This document shows, piece after piece, positions 9,369 through 18,618 of a stretch of DNA of 58,049 nucleotides (the stretch's first letter is position 1; each line of letters opens with the position of its first letter). The translations under genes and the position numbers were made by a program. The notes beneath the pieces were generated by a model. The model saw nothing but the letters and a program-made list of their open reading frames with translations. It made no database searches and was not told the DNA's origin. Source of the stretch: Myxococcales bacterium (lineage in GTDB: Bacteria > Myxococcota_A > Polyangia > Polyangiales > Polyangiaceae); assembly GCA_016703425.1 (NCBI GenBank), contig JADJCA010000011.1, positions 1 through 58,049 of the forward strand, in the 5' to 3' direction.

Positions 9369-9884
9369 ATGCGCAGCCTCGCACTTCTCTTGGGCCTCTT
9401 GGCCGGTTGCAGCGCCTTTCCGGGTCTCGGCTTGGGCACCGGCGGTGGCGATGCCGGCGGGGGCTCCAGCGCCGCGGGCACTTCGGCCGGCGACGGTGGC
9501 ACCGGCACAAAGGGGGTCGACTGCATCGTGGAGCCGGAGAGCGGCGCCACGTTGTGCACGGCGGTCTCAACCTGCCCGTCTTTGGCCGTAGACCACGACA
9601 TCTACCCGCATTGCGGCTTTCGACCTGGCAGCCCCCGACTCGAGCTCGCCTGCGCGTGCGCCGGCGCCGTGTGCCCGCTAGGCACCGCCGACACCTGCGA
9701 GCAGGCCAAGAAGCTCTTGAGCGCGCAGAGCGAGTCGCAAGTCTGCGCGCAGGTGGCCGAGGATCGCTGCACCACCAAGTCGGCGGCCCCCACCACGTCG
9801 CCGTCGGCGACCTCCACATGCGACAAAGCCTGCGCCGGCGAGTGTGGTGGCGCCCCCGGCTGCCTCAAGCTCTGCGGCTGCTGA
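9369..9884 (+). CDS. Cys-rich lipoprotein, function unknown
   Basis: MRSLALLLGLLAGCSAF (LAGC lipobox), a Gly-rich linker and a Cys-rich C-terminus (CTAVSTCPS, CACAGAVCPLGTADTCEQ, CDKACAGECGGAPGCLKLCGC). It is divergent from proC with a 70-bp gap. Confidence 0.6.
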   Translation: MRSLALLLGLLAGCSAFPGLGLGTGGGDAGGGSSAAGTSAGDGGTGTKGVDCIVEPESGATLCTAVSTCPSLAVDHDIYPHCGFRPGSPRLELACACAGAVCPLGTADTCEQAKKLLSAQSESQVCAQVAEDRCTTKSAAPTTSPSATSTCDKACAGECGGAPGCLKLCGC

Positions 9885-9932
9885 CGCGCATCCTTTGGCG
9901 CAGCGTGTTCGCGCGGGACAACCGTTCGCCTC

Positions 9933-12900
9933 TCAGCGAACGGTCTCGATGACGGAGACTTCACCCCCAACGCCGCCGCAGAAGAGCAGGCCTCGATCCG
10001 CAAACGCCATGGTCGACACGCCGTGCTCCAGGCGCACGCGTGCGCGCTCGTCGAGCTCCCGATCGAACACCGTGACGATCTGGCCGGCGGACACCGCTAC
10101 GCGCTCCGCGACTTCGTCGAAGGAGAGCGCGAGGGCGCTGCCGGGCCCGCGCACGGCGCGCTCGACGGCAAGCGGCGTCCCGCCGAGGCGCGCGATGTCA
10201 CCGTTCTTCAAGACCACGACGAGCGCCATGTCGACGCCGCCGGCGACGTGCGTCACCGGTGACGCCACGACGAGAGGCTTCGAAACGGATAGCGAGACTG
10301 CGTTGATGACCCAAATCTTGCGGCCGTGGACGCAAGCAAAGTGCGTGTCGTCGAGCGACGCGAGCAGGCTCCCCTTGGTCACGACCGCTCGAGGGAGCGA
10401 GATCCGGTTCGCGCGCCCCGCCGTCTCGACGACCGAGAAGAGCCCGTTGTCCGCGGCGACCCAGACGTGACTGCCGGCGCGGGCCATGCTGGAGACACCA
10501 CGCAGCGGGAGCGCGCGCCCCACGGCCGTGCCGCTCACGAGGTCGATGCGCGTGACGCCGCTTTGCCACGCCGCGAGCAGCGTTCGCCCCGTCGCGCCGA
10601 CGACGGCGCCCACGAGCCCGCCCTTTTCCGCCGTGGTCCTCCACCCGGCCACGATCTCCCGCGTCTCGGCGTCCCACTGCAGCACCATCGCGTCGGCACC
10701 GAAGGAGAACGCCCGCGCCCGCGCGGCGTCGGTCAACATCACGAGCACGCGTTCGGTGTGTTGTGCGATGGGCAGGGTGCTCGAGTGTCCCGTCTCCTCC
10801 CAAAGCTCGACGCGAACGCCGGCGCCCCCCGTCAGGGCGAGCGCCGACAAAGGATCGAGCACCAAGGCCGCGATGGGCCCTGACGCCCTCACCGTCTGAA
10901 CGATGGCTTTGGCCGCGACGTCGACGCGCAGGAGTCCCGGGCTCTTGCCACCCACCGCCACGAGCAACGTGGCGCCGTCCTTGTGCCATGCGACGCGGAC
11001 ACCTCCCGCGACGGCGACGCTTCCACGCGACGCGAGCGTTACGCCGTCGAGCCACTCGACCGCACGCGGCCGCAGGATCGCCACGAGATTGGGCTCACGA
11101 TGAAAGGCGAGGTCGAGGATCGGCGAGGGGCGCGCCGGCGCCTTGGCCTTGGCCTTGGGCCTGGATTTGGGCGACGCCGCGCAGACCGCACCGTCGCGCT
11201 CGTCGATCCAATAAACGCGCTCGCCGGCGAGGACGAGGATGAGCGGCCTGTCGGGATGGGCCACCATGCGGAGCACCGGACCCTCGAGCTTCCGCGAGAA
11301 CACGACGTCGCGACTTCCCTTTTGCAGGAGCCCGGCCCTCGTGCCCACGACGACATCGCCATCGCTCGCCACGACGATCGACGAGACGGCCTTCGCGCCG
11401 ATGAGGCGGATCGAGCCGGCGAGCTCTCCGCTGCGCGCATCAAAGAGCACGACGTAGCCATTTTCGCAGGCGACCGCCAGCCGATCGCCGGCGCGGTCGA
11501 ACGTCATGGCCGACGCGTTCTCGAGATCATCGCGACCGCCGATGGCAGTGCCGTCGGCGTCAAAGAGCGTCACCTTCGTCTCGCCGAGGGCCGCGAAGCG
11601 CGAGCCCGCGCGGTTGCCGGCGAGCTCGCGAACGGGCGGCCCGAAGACCCAAGGCCCCCCGCCGAGTCGTGCCGCAGGAAGCGTCGGGCGCGCCGCGCCG
11701 GGCGCCACGACCCGCGAACGAAGCGCCTCGCGCACGCGCTCCGAGGCGCCGTAGACGTCGACCCGCGCGATGTCGACGGCGCTGGCGCGCACCATGGCGT
11801 TTTCGTGATCGAAGAGCGAGATGAGAAACGCGTCGGCGCCGGGCGTGTGGAAGCGCGCCAGCGCCTCGAGCGCGTCGAAGGTCGCCTCCGAGCGATCGGC
11901 CACCGTGACCTCGGAGTAGCTCGGGAACGCGACCATCGTGCGCACGGCGGCGAGGGCGGGCACCTCGAGCTCGGCGCCGCACTCGGCGTCAGCGCCCTTG
12001 CGAATGGCGTTGTGGCGAAAGATGGCGTCGGGATCGCGCAGGGCGCCGACGAGGCCCCGCACGCCTTCGCGCCGGAAGAGCGCGTCGACGCGGGGACGGT
12101 CCAAGAAGTTCGGCTTGACGACGATCCCGACGCTCCCCAAGACGTTCGCCGCGGCGGTGCGCACCCGCGAGTGCTCAGCGTCGACGAAACGTCGCGCCGT
12201 ATGCAGGAGCTCGTCGGGCGGTGCGTGCACCGCCAAGAGGCGGAGCGCCGTCTCGTGGAGCTCCCGCGCCTCGAAGCGATTGGCCATGAAGACGCGGAGC
12301 GCGTGCCGCACGACGTCGAGATCGACGCTTCGTCCGAGCCGTGACCGCAACGCCTCGAGCATCAAGCGCGGATAGACGAGCTGGTCCTTCGTCCCGACGA
12401 GCCGCGCCGCGACGGCCTCGACGTGCGACGCGGACCCGCGATCGGCGATGCGAGCGAGCGCGTACATGGCCACGTTGCGATGACGCCCGTCGAGGAGGCG
12501 CAGGAGCGCGTGGGTCGCCTGCCCGTCGCCGAGCCAGCCGAGGCCGACGATGGCGCGCGCGATGACGCTGTCCATGTCGGGCGGCGGCTCGGTGACGAGC
12601 GAGAGGAGAACCGGCATGGCCCGCGGATCACCGATGCGCCCGAGGGCCAGGCACGCGTTGGCGACGATGCGACGATGTTCGGTTTGCTCGCGCTCCGCGG
12701 CGGGCATCGACGACGACGCGAGTTGGATCAACTCGGGAACCGCCGTGGCCGCTCCAAGGTGCCCCAAGGCGTCGATGACGGCGGCGAGCAGCTCGCCCGA
12801 CGCCCCGAGCCGACTCGTGAGCGCGGGCACGGCGCGCGCGTCGCCGAGACGCCCGAGCGCCAGCGCGAAGGGCGCGAAGTCCGCGTGCGCGACGAAATAC

Positions 12901-13172
12901 GCGGTGAATCGCGCGCCCGTGGCGCCGAGCGCCTCGACCGTCTCGTAGAGCTCCCGGCGAAAGACCTTTCCTTCGCGGCGGTACTGCTCCTCCTCGAGGA
13001 ACTTCAGCCGACTGCTGTCGATGGCGAGCGACGGGTCGCTGCGGCGGTAGACCGCGTAGAGCTCGCGCACTGTGGCTGGCTCGTCTACGAAGTCCCAAGC
13101 CAACGACGGGATGTCCCGCCCGACGTGTTGCTCCAGGAGCTCCTGGACGCGAGCGGCGACCGCCACGCTCAC
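9933..13172 (-). CDS. large HEAT-repeat (PBS-lyase type) plus beta-propeller repeat protein
   Basis: 1079-aa intact ORF. The N-terminal half has repeated LG.LG...AVP.L / ALG.IGDPRA.P.L units (HEAT/PBS-lyase-like). The C-terminal half has repeated short-strand motifs (VACENGYVVLFD, VASDGDVVVGTRAG, LVAVGGKSPGLL) consistent with WD40/PQQ-like propeller blades. Confidence 0.65.
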   Translation of the reverse strand: MSVAVAARVQELLEQHVGRDIPSLAWDFVDEPATVRELYAVYRRSDPSLAIDSSRLKFLEEEQYRREGKVFRRELYETVEALGATGARFTAYFVAHADFAPFALALGRLGDARAVPALTSRLGASGELLAAVIDALGHLGAATAVPELIQLASSSMPAAEREQTEHRRIVANACLALGRIGDPRAMPVLLSLVTEPPPDMDSVIARAIVGLGWLGDGQATHALLRLLDGRHRNVAMYALARIADRGSASHVEAVAARLVGTKDQLVYPRLMLEALRSRLGRSVDLDVVRHALRVFMANRFEARELHETALRLLAVHAPPDELLHTARRFVDAEHSRVRTAAANVLGSVGIVVKPNFLDRPRVDALFRREGVRGLVGALRDPDAIFRHNAIRKGADAECGAELEVPALAAVRTMVAFPSYSEVTVADRSEATFDALEALARFHTPGADAFLISLFDHENAMVRASAVDIARVDVYGASERVREALRSRVVAPGAARPTLPAARLGGGPWVFGPPVRELAGNRAGSRFAALGETKVTLFDADGTAIGGRDDLENASAMTFDRAGDRLAVACENGYVVLFDARSGELAGSIRLIGAKAVSSIVVASDGDVVVGTRAGLLQKGSRDVVFSRKLEGPVLRMVAHPDRPLILVLAGERVYWIDERDGAVCAASPKSRPKAKAKAPARPSPILDLAFHREPNLVAILRPRAVEWLDGVTLASRGSVAVAGGVRVAWHKDGATLLVAVGGKSPGLLRVDVAAKAIVQTVRASGPIAALVLDPLSALALTGGAGVRVELWEETGHSSTLPIAQHTERVLVMLTDAARARAFSFGADAMVLQWDAETREIVAGWRTTAEKGGLVGAVVGATGRTLLAAWQSGVTRIDLVSGTAVGRALPLRGVSSMARAGSHVWVAADNGLFSVVETAGRANRISLPRAVVTKGSLLASLDDTHFACVHGRKIWVINAVSLSVSKPLVVASPVTHVAGGVDMALVVVLKNGDIARLGGTPLAVERAVRGPGSALALSFDEVAERVAVSAGQIVTVFDRELDERARVRLEHGVSTMAFADRGLLFCGGVGGEVSVIETVR

Positions 13173-13252
13173 GTCACGCCTCGCTGCACCGTGGCTCGCG
13201 CTCCGCGACGGCTGCGACAGGTCGCCGCTTCACGCTAGCCCGCGGCCTCAAG

Positions 13253-14206
13253 CTACACCAACGAAGCCAAACGAGCGCGTTGAGCGTCGCCGTGAGCCTT
13301 GAGCGACTCGAGAATGATGACGGCGGTCTCCTCGATGGCGCGCCCGGTCACGTCGATGACGGGCCATTCGGGGTGGGCCCGGAAGATCTCCCGCGCGTAG
13401 TCGAGCTCTTCTTTGACCTGATCGCGGAGGCCGTAGCTTGCGTCGACCGGCATGCCGAGCTGCTTGAGCCGGGCTTTTCGGATTTCGACGAGCTTGTCGA
13501 GCTCGATGGTCAGCCCAACGATCCGCGACTGCGGCGCTTCCTCGAGCTCCGGCGGCGTCGCGATGCCGAGCACCAGGGGCAGGTTGGCGACGCGCAGGCC
13601 GCGCTGCGCGAGGATGGTGGAGAGCGGCGTCTTCGACGTGCGGCTCACTCCCACGAGGACGATGTCCGCCTTCTTGAAGTTGCGCGGCTCCTTGCCGTCG
13701 TCGCTCTTGACGGTGAACTCCACGGCCTCGATGCGGCGGAAGTATTCCTCACTGAGCGGCATCATCCCGCTCGGCAGGTTGATGGGCTGCCGATCGAGGA
13801 ACGTCGAGAGCTTGCCGATGAGCGAGCCGATGAGGTCGAGCGCCTCGACGCGGAGCTCCTTGCTCGACACGTAGATGAACTCACGCAGCTCGGGGCTCAC
13901 CACGGTAAAGACCACGACGGCCCCGTCTTGTGCCGCTCGCTCAAGCAGCGGACGCGCCTGGTCGGGCGTGCGCACGCGGGTGTGCACGCGGAGCTGCGCA
14001 CCCGAGTGGGGAAACTGGAGCATCGCGGCGCGAACGACCCGCTCGGCGGTTTCACCGGTCGAGTCGCTGAGAACGTCAATCCACCTGAGGTCCGACACGC
14101 GGGCGAGTCTACCTGGCCCTCGCAGAACGCGCCCAAGATCATGGACCTCGGTCGATCCACAACGGGCGATCCAAAGAACGACGCGGGCTTTTGCCCACAT
14201 CGTCAT
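13253..14206 (-). CDS. ppsR: PEP synthetase regulatory protein (PSRP, kinase/pyrophosphorylase, DUF299)
   Basis: P-loop LVGVSRTSKTPLS, plus ...FTVVSPELREFI... and a C-terminal ...EIRKARL...YASLDQV-like region, characteristic of bifunctional PSRP. The start is set at MTMW (14206). A GTG start further in is possible. Confidence 0.75.
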   Translation of the reverse strand: MTMWAKARVVLWIARCGSTEVHDLGRVLRGPGRLARVSDLRWIDVLSDSTGETAERVVRAAMLQFPHSGAQLRVHTRVRTPDQARPLLERAAQDGAVVVFTVVSPELREFIYVSSKELRVEALDLIGSLIGKLSTFLDRQPINLPSGMMPLSEEYFRRIEAVEFTVKSDDGKEPRNFKKADIVLVGVSRTSKTPLSTILAQRGLRVANLPLVLGIATPPELEEAPQSRIVGLTIELDKLVEIRKARLKQLGMPVDASYGLRDQVKEELDYAREIFRAHPEWPVIDVTGRAIEETAVIILESLKAHGDAQRARLASLV

Positions 14207-14314
14207 TCGTCGGCGTTTCCCCCAAGAGACAACGGCACACATCCTGCTGCGGGAGTGCTGTCACCTCCGCCAGGTGAGCTTTGGGGGACTCCGCATCCCA
14301 GAAAGCGCTCGACC

Positions 14315-15115
14315 ATGACTGCAGCACTCTGGAGCACATCATCTGAGACCCGCACCTTGCCCTTCACGCGGCAACCGGGGCCCAGATCCATCACGGCATC
14401 GTTTTCGGCGCGCGAAGTGGCTACCGTGGACGAAGGCGTACGAGGCCGAGTGGACCAAGACGACGTCAGGACCAAGGTCAGTGGCGAAGGCGCCCGCCGC
14501 GACGCAGCGCCGGTCGGAGCGCGGGACGCTGGGTCGGACACGATACCCGAGAGCAGTGTGGATAGCCGGAGCGCGCCAACGAGCGCGCAGCTCACGGCCG
14601 ACGCGTCGGGCGCTCGCCTCATCATTCCGGCGTTGTCCCTGAGGGACGCCATCGCCAACGGCCCGCTCTTCGACGCCCCGCCGCTCGACGGACCGCCGCC
14701 GTCGCCCGAGGCGATCCGCGCCGCCAAGGCGGGCGTCGCCGAGCGGCTCGAGCCGACGGCGCCCGTGAAGCGACGCCGACGACGCCACGCGTCCCTCGGT
14801 CTTTGGCTGGCCGCGAGCGCTCTCGTGGGCCTCGGCCTTCTGGCGTCGACCACTGAGACGGCGGATCGCGTGGCGGCACGCATCCAGCTCGCTTTCCAGA
14901 ACGACGCCATCCCCGCGGCAAGGGCCGACAGCACCGGCCCGGCGCCGGCGCTTGAGGCGCCGCCCACGCCAGTGGAGACGGCGGCCGTCGCCGCGGAGGT
15001 TTCGGCGGCGCCCGCCGCGCTGGCGCCCGAGGCGAAGGCTGCCGGCGGCGACAAGAACGCGAAGGCCTTGAAGGCCGCGCCGAAGGCAGCGCCGAAGGTT
15101 GCTCCCCGTCGCTGA
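14315..15115 (+). CDS. hypothetical Ala/Pro-rich protein with one predicted TM segment
   Basis: The C-terminal part of ORF 13280..15115 downstream of ATG 14315 (MTAALWSTSS...). It has a TM-like SLGLWLAASALVGLGLLAS and an Ala/Pro/Lys-rich tail. The upstream part of that ORF is antisense to ppsR and is discounted. Confidence 0.35.
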   Translation: MTAALWSTSSETRTLPFTRQPGPRSITASFSAREVATVDEGVRGRVDQDDVRTKVSGEGARRDAAPVGARDAGSDTIPESSVDSRSAPTSAQLTADASGARLIIPALSLRDAIANGPLFDAPPLDGPPPSPEAIRAAKAGVAERLEPTAPVKRRRRRHASLGLWLAASALVGLGLLASTTETADRVAARIQLAFQNDAIPAARADSTGPAPALEAPPTPVETAAVAAEVSAAPAALAPEAKAAGGDKNAKALKAAPKAAPKVAPRR

Positions 15116-15202
15116 GCGGCGCGGGAAGCGACCGATCGCCAGATCGGTGGCTGATGGGGCGACGCCTCGCCGCGCGCCCAAACGCGCTACACTTCGGTCC
15201 GC

Positions 15203-16729
15203 GTGACGGAGCCGAGAGGAAAAGGCAACGAGGGGTTCTCGACGACCGTGGAAGCCGGCGAGGGCGGCAGCCCGCCGGCGTCCGTGCGGAGCATCGGCAC
15301 GATCATCGCGGGCAAGTACGTCGTCGAGCGGATCCTCGGACGGGGCGGCATGGGCATCGTGTTCGGCGCGCGTCACCAGACGCTAGGCGAACCGGTCGCC
15401 ATCAAGTTCATGAGCTCGGAGGCGGCCAAAGACCCGACCTCCGCAGAGCGCTTCTTGCGGGAAGCTCGCGCGTCACTCCGCGTGAAAGGGGAGCACGTCG
15501 TTCGCGTGCTGGACGTCGGCCTCGAAGAGGGAATTCCGTACCTCGTCATGGAGTACCTCGAGGGCACGGACCTCGCCACCGAGCTCGCCGACCGGGGCCC
15601 GCTGGCGATCCATGATGTTGCACTCTACATCCTTCAGGCGTGCGAAGCGCTGGCGGAGGCCCACGGCCATGGCATCGTGCATCGCGACATCAAGCCCTCG
15701 AACCTGTTCTTGGCGACGCGGCCCGACGGCTCGCCGATGCTCAAGGTGCTCGACTTCGGGATCGCCAAGGCCCTCGTGGAGGTCGGCGAAGACACGCCGG
15801 CGCTGACCGATACGCGCGCCGTCTTTGGCTCGCCGGCGTACATGTCGCCAGAGCAAATCCGCAGCGCCAAACATGTCGACGCGCGCACCGACATCTGGGC
15901 CCTCGGCGTCGTGATGTACGAGCTCTTGACGGGCCAACATCCGTTCTCCGGTGAAAGCTCGGTGGCCATCCTCGCGAGCGTCTCGGCCGACACGCCGAAG
16001 CCCATCCGCTCGCTGAGGGCAGACATTCCGCGCGACTTTGCCCAGGCAGTTGAGCGCTGCCTGGAGAAAGATCCGAATCGCCGCACGGCGTCTGTGCTCG
16101 ACCTCGCCATCGCGCTCGAGCCCTTCGCGCCGGCGGGTCAGGTGTCGACGGACCGCATCCGGCGCCTCTCGGGCCTCTCGGAAGGGCGCGTTCGCGCGAG
16201 GCGCGCGTTGCCTTCTAGCGGCGACGTGACGAAGGACGCGACGGGCGCGCCTTGGTCCACGACGCACCGGCCCCGGAGGCGACGCGGGCCGCTCTTGCTC
16301 GGCATCTTCGTGCTCGTCGCCGCGGGCGGCGCCTCCGCCGTGTTTCTGCGTGCGCGCGCGGTGAAGCCCCTCGCTCCGGCAGGCCCCGCGACCGTCGCGG
16401 TGACAACGAACCCCGAGCCGAAGAGTCCTGTGCCCAACGCGATAACCGCGCAAGCCCCCACGGCAACACCGACACCGGAACCGAGCGGAGGGGCGGCCCC
16501 GGTCGACGCGGGCGCGGGCTCGACAAGGGTCGCGGGGAAGCGGCAAAGCGCCACCACACCTCCGCCGAGTCGCCTAACGCTCGCGCCATCGGCTTCAGCG
16601 GCGGCGGCGCCTCCTCCGCAGGTCGCGGCGCCGTCCGTGCCCGCGCCACCCGTGCCTACACCTCCGGCCCCGCCGCCGCAGCCCGCCGCACCAGCAGGCA
16701 TCGACGAGATCGAAGGCCAGCGAAGGTAG
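15203..16729 (+). CDS. Hanks-type Ser/Thr protein kinase with Pro/Ala-rich C-terminal region and one TM segment
   Basis: GRGGMGIVFGA, VAIKFM, HRDIKPSNLFL, DFGIAK and SPAYMSPEQ motifs. A TM segment LLLGIFVLVAAGGASAVFL follows, then a long Pro/Ala-rich tail (PPAPPPQPAAPAG). Confidence 0.85.
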   Translation: MTEPRGKGNEGFSTTVEAGEGGSPPASVRSIGTIIAGKYVVERILGRGGMGIVFGARHQTLGEPVAIKFMSSEAAKDPTSAERFLREARASLRVKGEHVVRVLDVGLEEGIPYLVMEYLEGTDLATELADRGPLAIHDVALYILQACEALAEAHGHGIVHRDIKPSNLFLATRPDGSPMLKVLDFGIAKALVEVGEDTPALTDTRAVFGSPAYMSPEQIRSAKHVDARTDIWALGVVMYELLTGQHPFSGESSVAILASVSADTPKPIRSLRADIPRDFAQAVERCLEKDPNRRTASVLDLAIALEPFAPAGQVSTDRIRRLSGLSEGRVRARRALPSSGDVTKDATGAPWSTTHRPRRRRGPLLLGIFVLVAAGGASAVFLRARAVKPLAPAGPATVAVTTNPEPKSPVPNAITAQAPTATPTPEPSGGAAPVDAGAGSTRVAGKRQSATTPPPSRLTLAPSASAAAAPPPQVAAPSVPAPPVPTPPAPPPQPAAPAGIDEIEGQRR

Positions 16730-16770
16730 GCCGCGCTCGTGTCTCGGCATCGTTTTGCATAGACTCGCGG

Positions 16771-17770
16771 ATGATGCTCTCCGCGAAGCCTTGGACTCCA
16801 GCGTTGGCGTTGCTCGTCCTCTTCTCGGCGCCGCTCGCACACGCCCAGGACGCCTCAGAAGCGCCGCCAGCGAAAGCGCCGCCGCCAACGTTGCTTGAAG
16901 GGCGAGGCGGTGACGCCGCGCAAGTGAACACGCTGGCGGAGCGATTCTTCGTCGAGGGGCGCGTACTCCTCGCGCGCGGCGACGCCGAGGGAGCTTGCGC
17001 CCGCTTCGAAGCGAGTCGCAAGCTCGACCCGGCCGCGGCAGGCACGCTGCTGAACCTCGGTCTCTGCAACGTGGCGCTCGAGCGTTATGCGACGGCCGCC
17101 GACTTCTTCAACCAAGTCGTCGAGTCGTCGCGCGGCACGCGCCAAGATCGCGTGGAGCGTGCCTCGCAGCACCTCAAGGACATCGAGGCCAAGATTTCCT
17201 ATCTCCGCGTCGTCGTCCCCGAGGAGGCAAAGATCGCGGGCCTCGTTGTGCGCCTCGACGGCGTCGAGCTTCCGCCGAACAAGTGGGGAGTTGAGCTCCC
17301 CACGGACGGTGGCACCCGAACCTTGGAGGCCACGGCCCCTCAAAAGACGTCGTTTCGCCTCGAAGTTCCGCTTGAAAAGGTTCGTGGACGCGGCTTTGTC
17401 ACCGTGCCGAAGCTCGCCGACGTGCCGGACACGACGCGGGCCGGGTACACCTTGGCAACCGTCGGCGGCGTGTTGTTCCTCGTGGGAGCCGGCCTCGGCA
17501 TCTCCGTGGCCCGGAGTGCGGCGGCCTCTTCAAGGACACGTGCGCGGCGGCAAACAAGGGGACGCAAACGGAGCGCGACGACAAGCTGAACGAGCTCGAC
17601 ACGCGCGCGTGGGCCTCGAACATCGTGCTTGGCGCGGGGCTCGTGAGCGCCGCGGTGGGCGTGACGCTCGTGCTGACGTCGCCGTCGCGGCGGAGCGCAC
17701 CGGCCAAGGTCGGCATGACGCCGCTAGTCTCGCCAAAGGCCGCTGGTTGGTCGCTGCAAACGTCGTTCTG
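16771..17770 (+). CDS. secreted TPR-like protein with C-terminal TM segment (frameshift near 17510)
   Basis: MMLSAKPWTPALALLVLFSAPLAHAQD signal peptide and a helical repeat region (ARGDAEGACARFEASRKLDP...). After a frame change the C-terminus continues ...TQTERDDKLNELDTRAWASNIVLGAGLVSAAVGVTLVLTSP.... Confidence 0.5.
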
Positions 17771-17816
17771 AGGCGGGCCCCCTCGGCGCGCCAACCTCAC
17801 GGCGGTCACTCGCAGG

Positions 17817-18598
17817 TCAATCGCCACCGCCATCGGGCGGAGCGCCGGCATCGAGCGCCAGGCAAAACGGACTGCCAAGCGCGACGGCGCGCTTTATGAA
17901 GTCTCCTACGCCTTGACACACCGCTGAGGGCCCCCCAGCCACTGGGCGCAGGCAGCGCTCGGCGCGATCGACGAACCGAACGCAGGTGCCACGACGCGCA
18001 GCCATCAGACACGCCTCGAGCGCCGGTGTCTCGGGTGCGTGCGGCGCGCCGTCGTAACTTGCCGCGGCATCGATTGCGCCGCAGCCGCGGCAGGCCTCAA
18101 AGGTGTAGTTTTGAGCGCCGCCACCCACCCTCCACAACCTGGATCATCGCGCCCCTGCCGCGTGAAGAGCGCGATGCACCCGGCAACGTTGAGACGAGCC
18201 ACGAAGCCGTCCATGATCACCGGCCCGTGACGACCCGCGTCGGCGGTGGTGACGACGCAGTCTGCGCAAGTCACGCCGCGGGTGCGTTCGCGGACCTCTG
18301 CGCAGGCCTGGGGCGGCAACGAGGCCCTCGTTAGACAATCGGTGACCAGCGCAATCTCGTCCGGTGAGTCGCACGCTCCCGGCTGCGGGTCCGTCGGAGG
18401 CACAAAACTCGGTTGAAACGCGGACATGTCAGCGGGTTCACACGCGAGCGGTTCGCTCGGGAGCGCCAAGTCGAGCGAAGCGTCACCCGGGGGAGCGCTG
18501 GCCGCGGCCCGATCGGGGACGTCGACGGACGCTGTCAGGCGACCGCAAGCGACCACGGCGCATGCCGAACAGGCCATCCAGAGGAAGCCACGTTGCAT
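17817..18598 (-). CDS. secreted Cys-rich lipoprotein (frameshift near 18140)
   Basis: Starts MQRGFLWMACSACAVVACG (frame 18005..18751) and is Cys-rich (CEPADM, CDSPDEIALVTDC, CAEVRERTRGVTCADC). It continues after one frameshift in frame 17817..18137 (CRGCGAIDAAASYDGAPHAPETPALEAC...). It lies 20 nt downstream of the preceding secreted-protein gene. Confidence 0.5.
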
Positions 18599-18618
18599 GC
18601 GGAGGCGACGAGCGCGCT

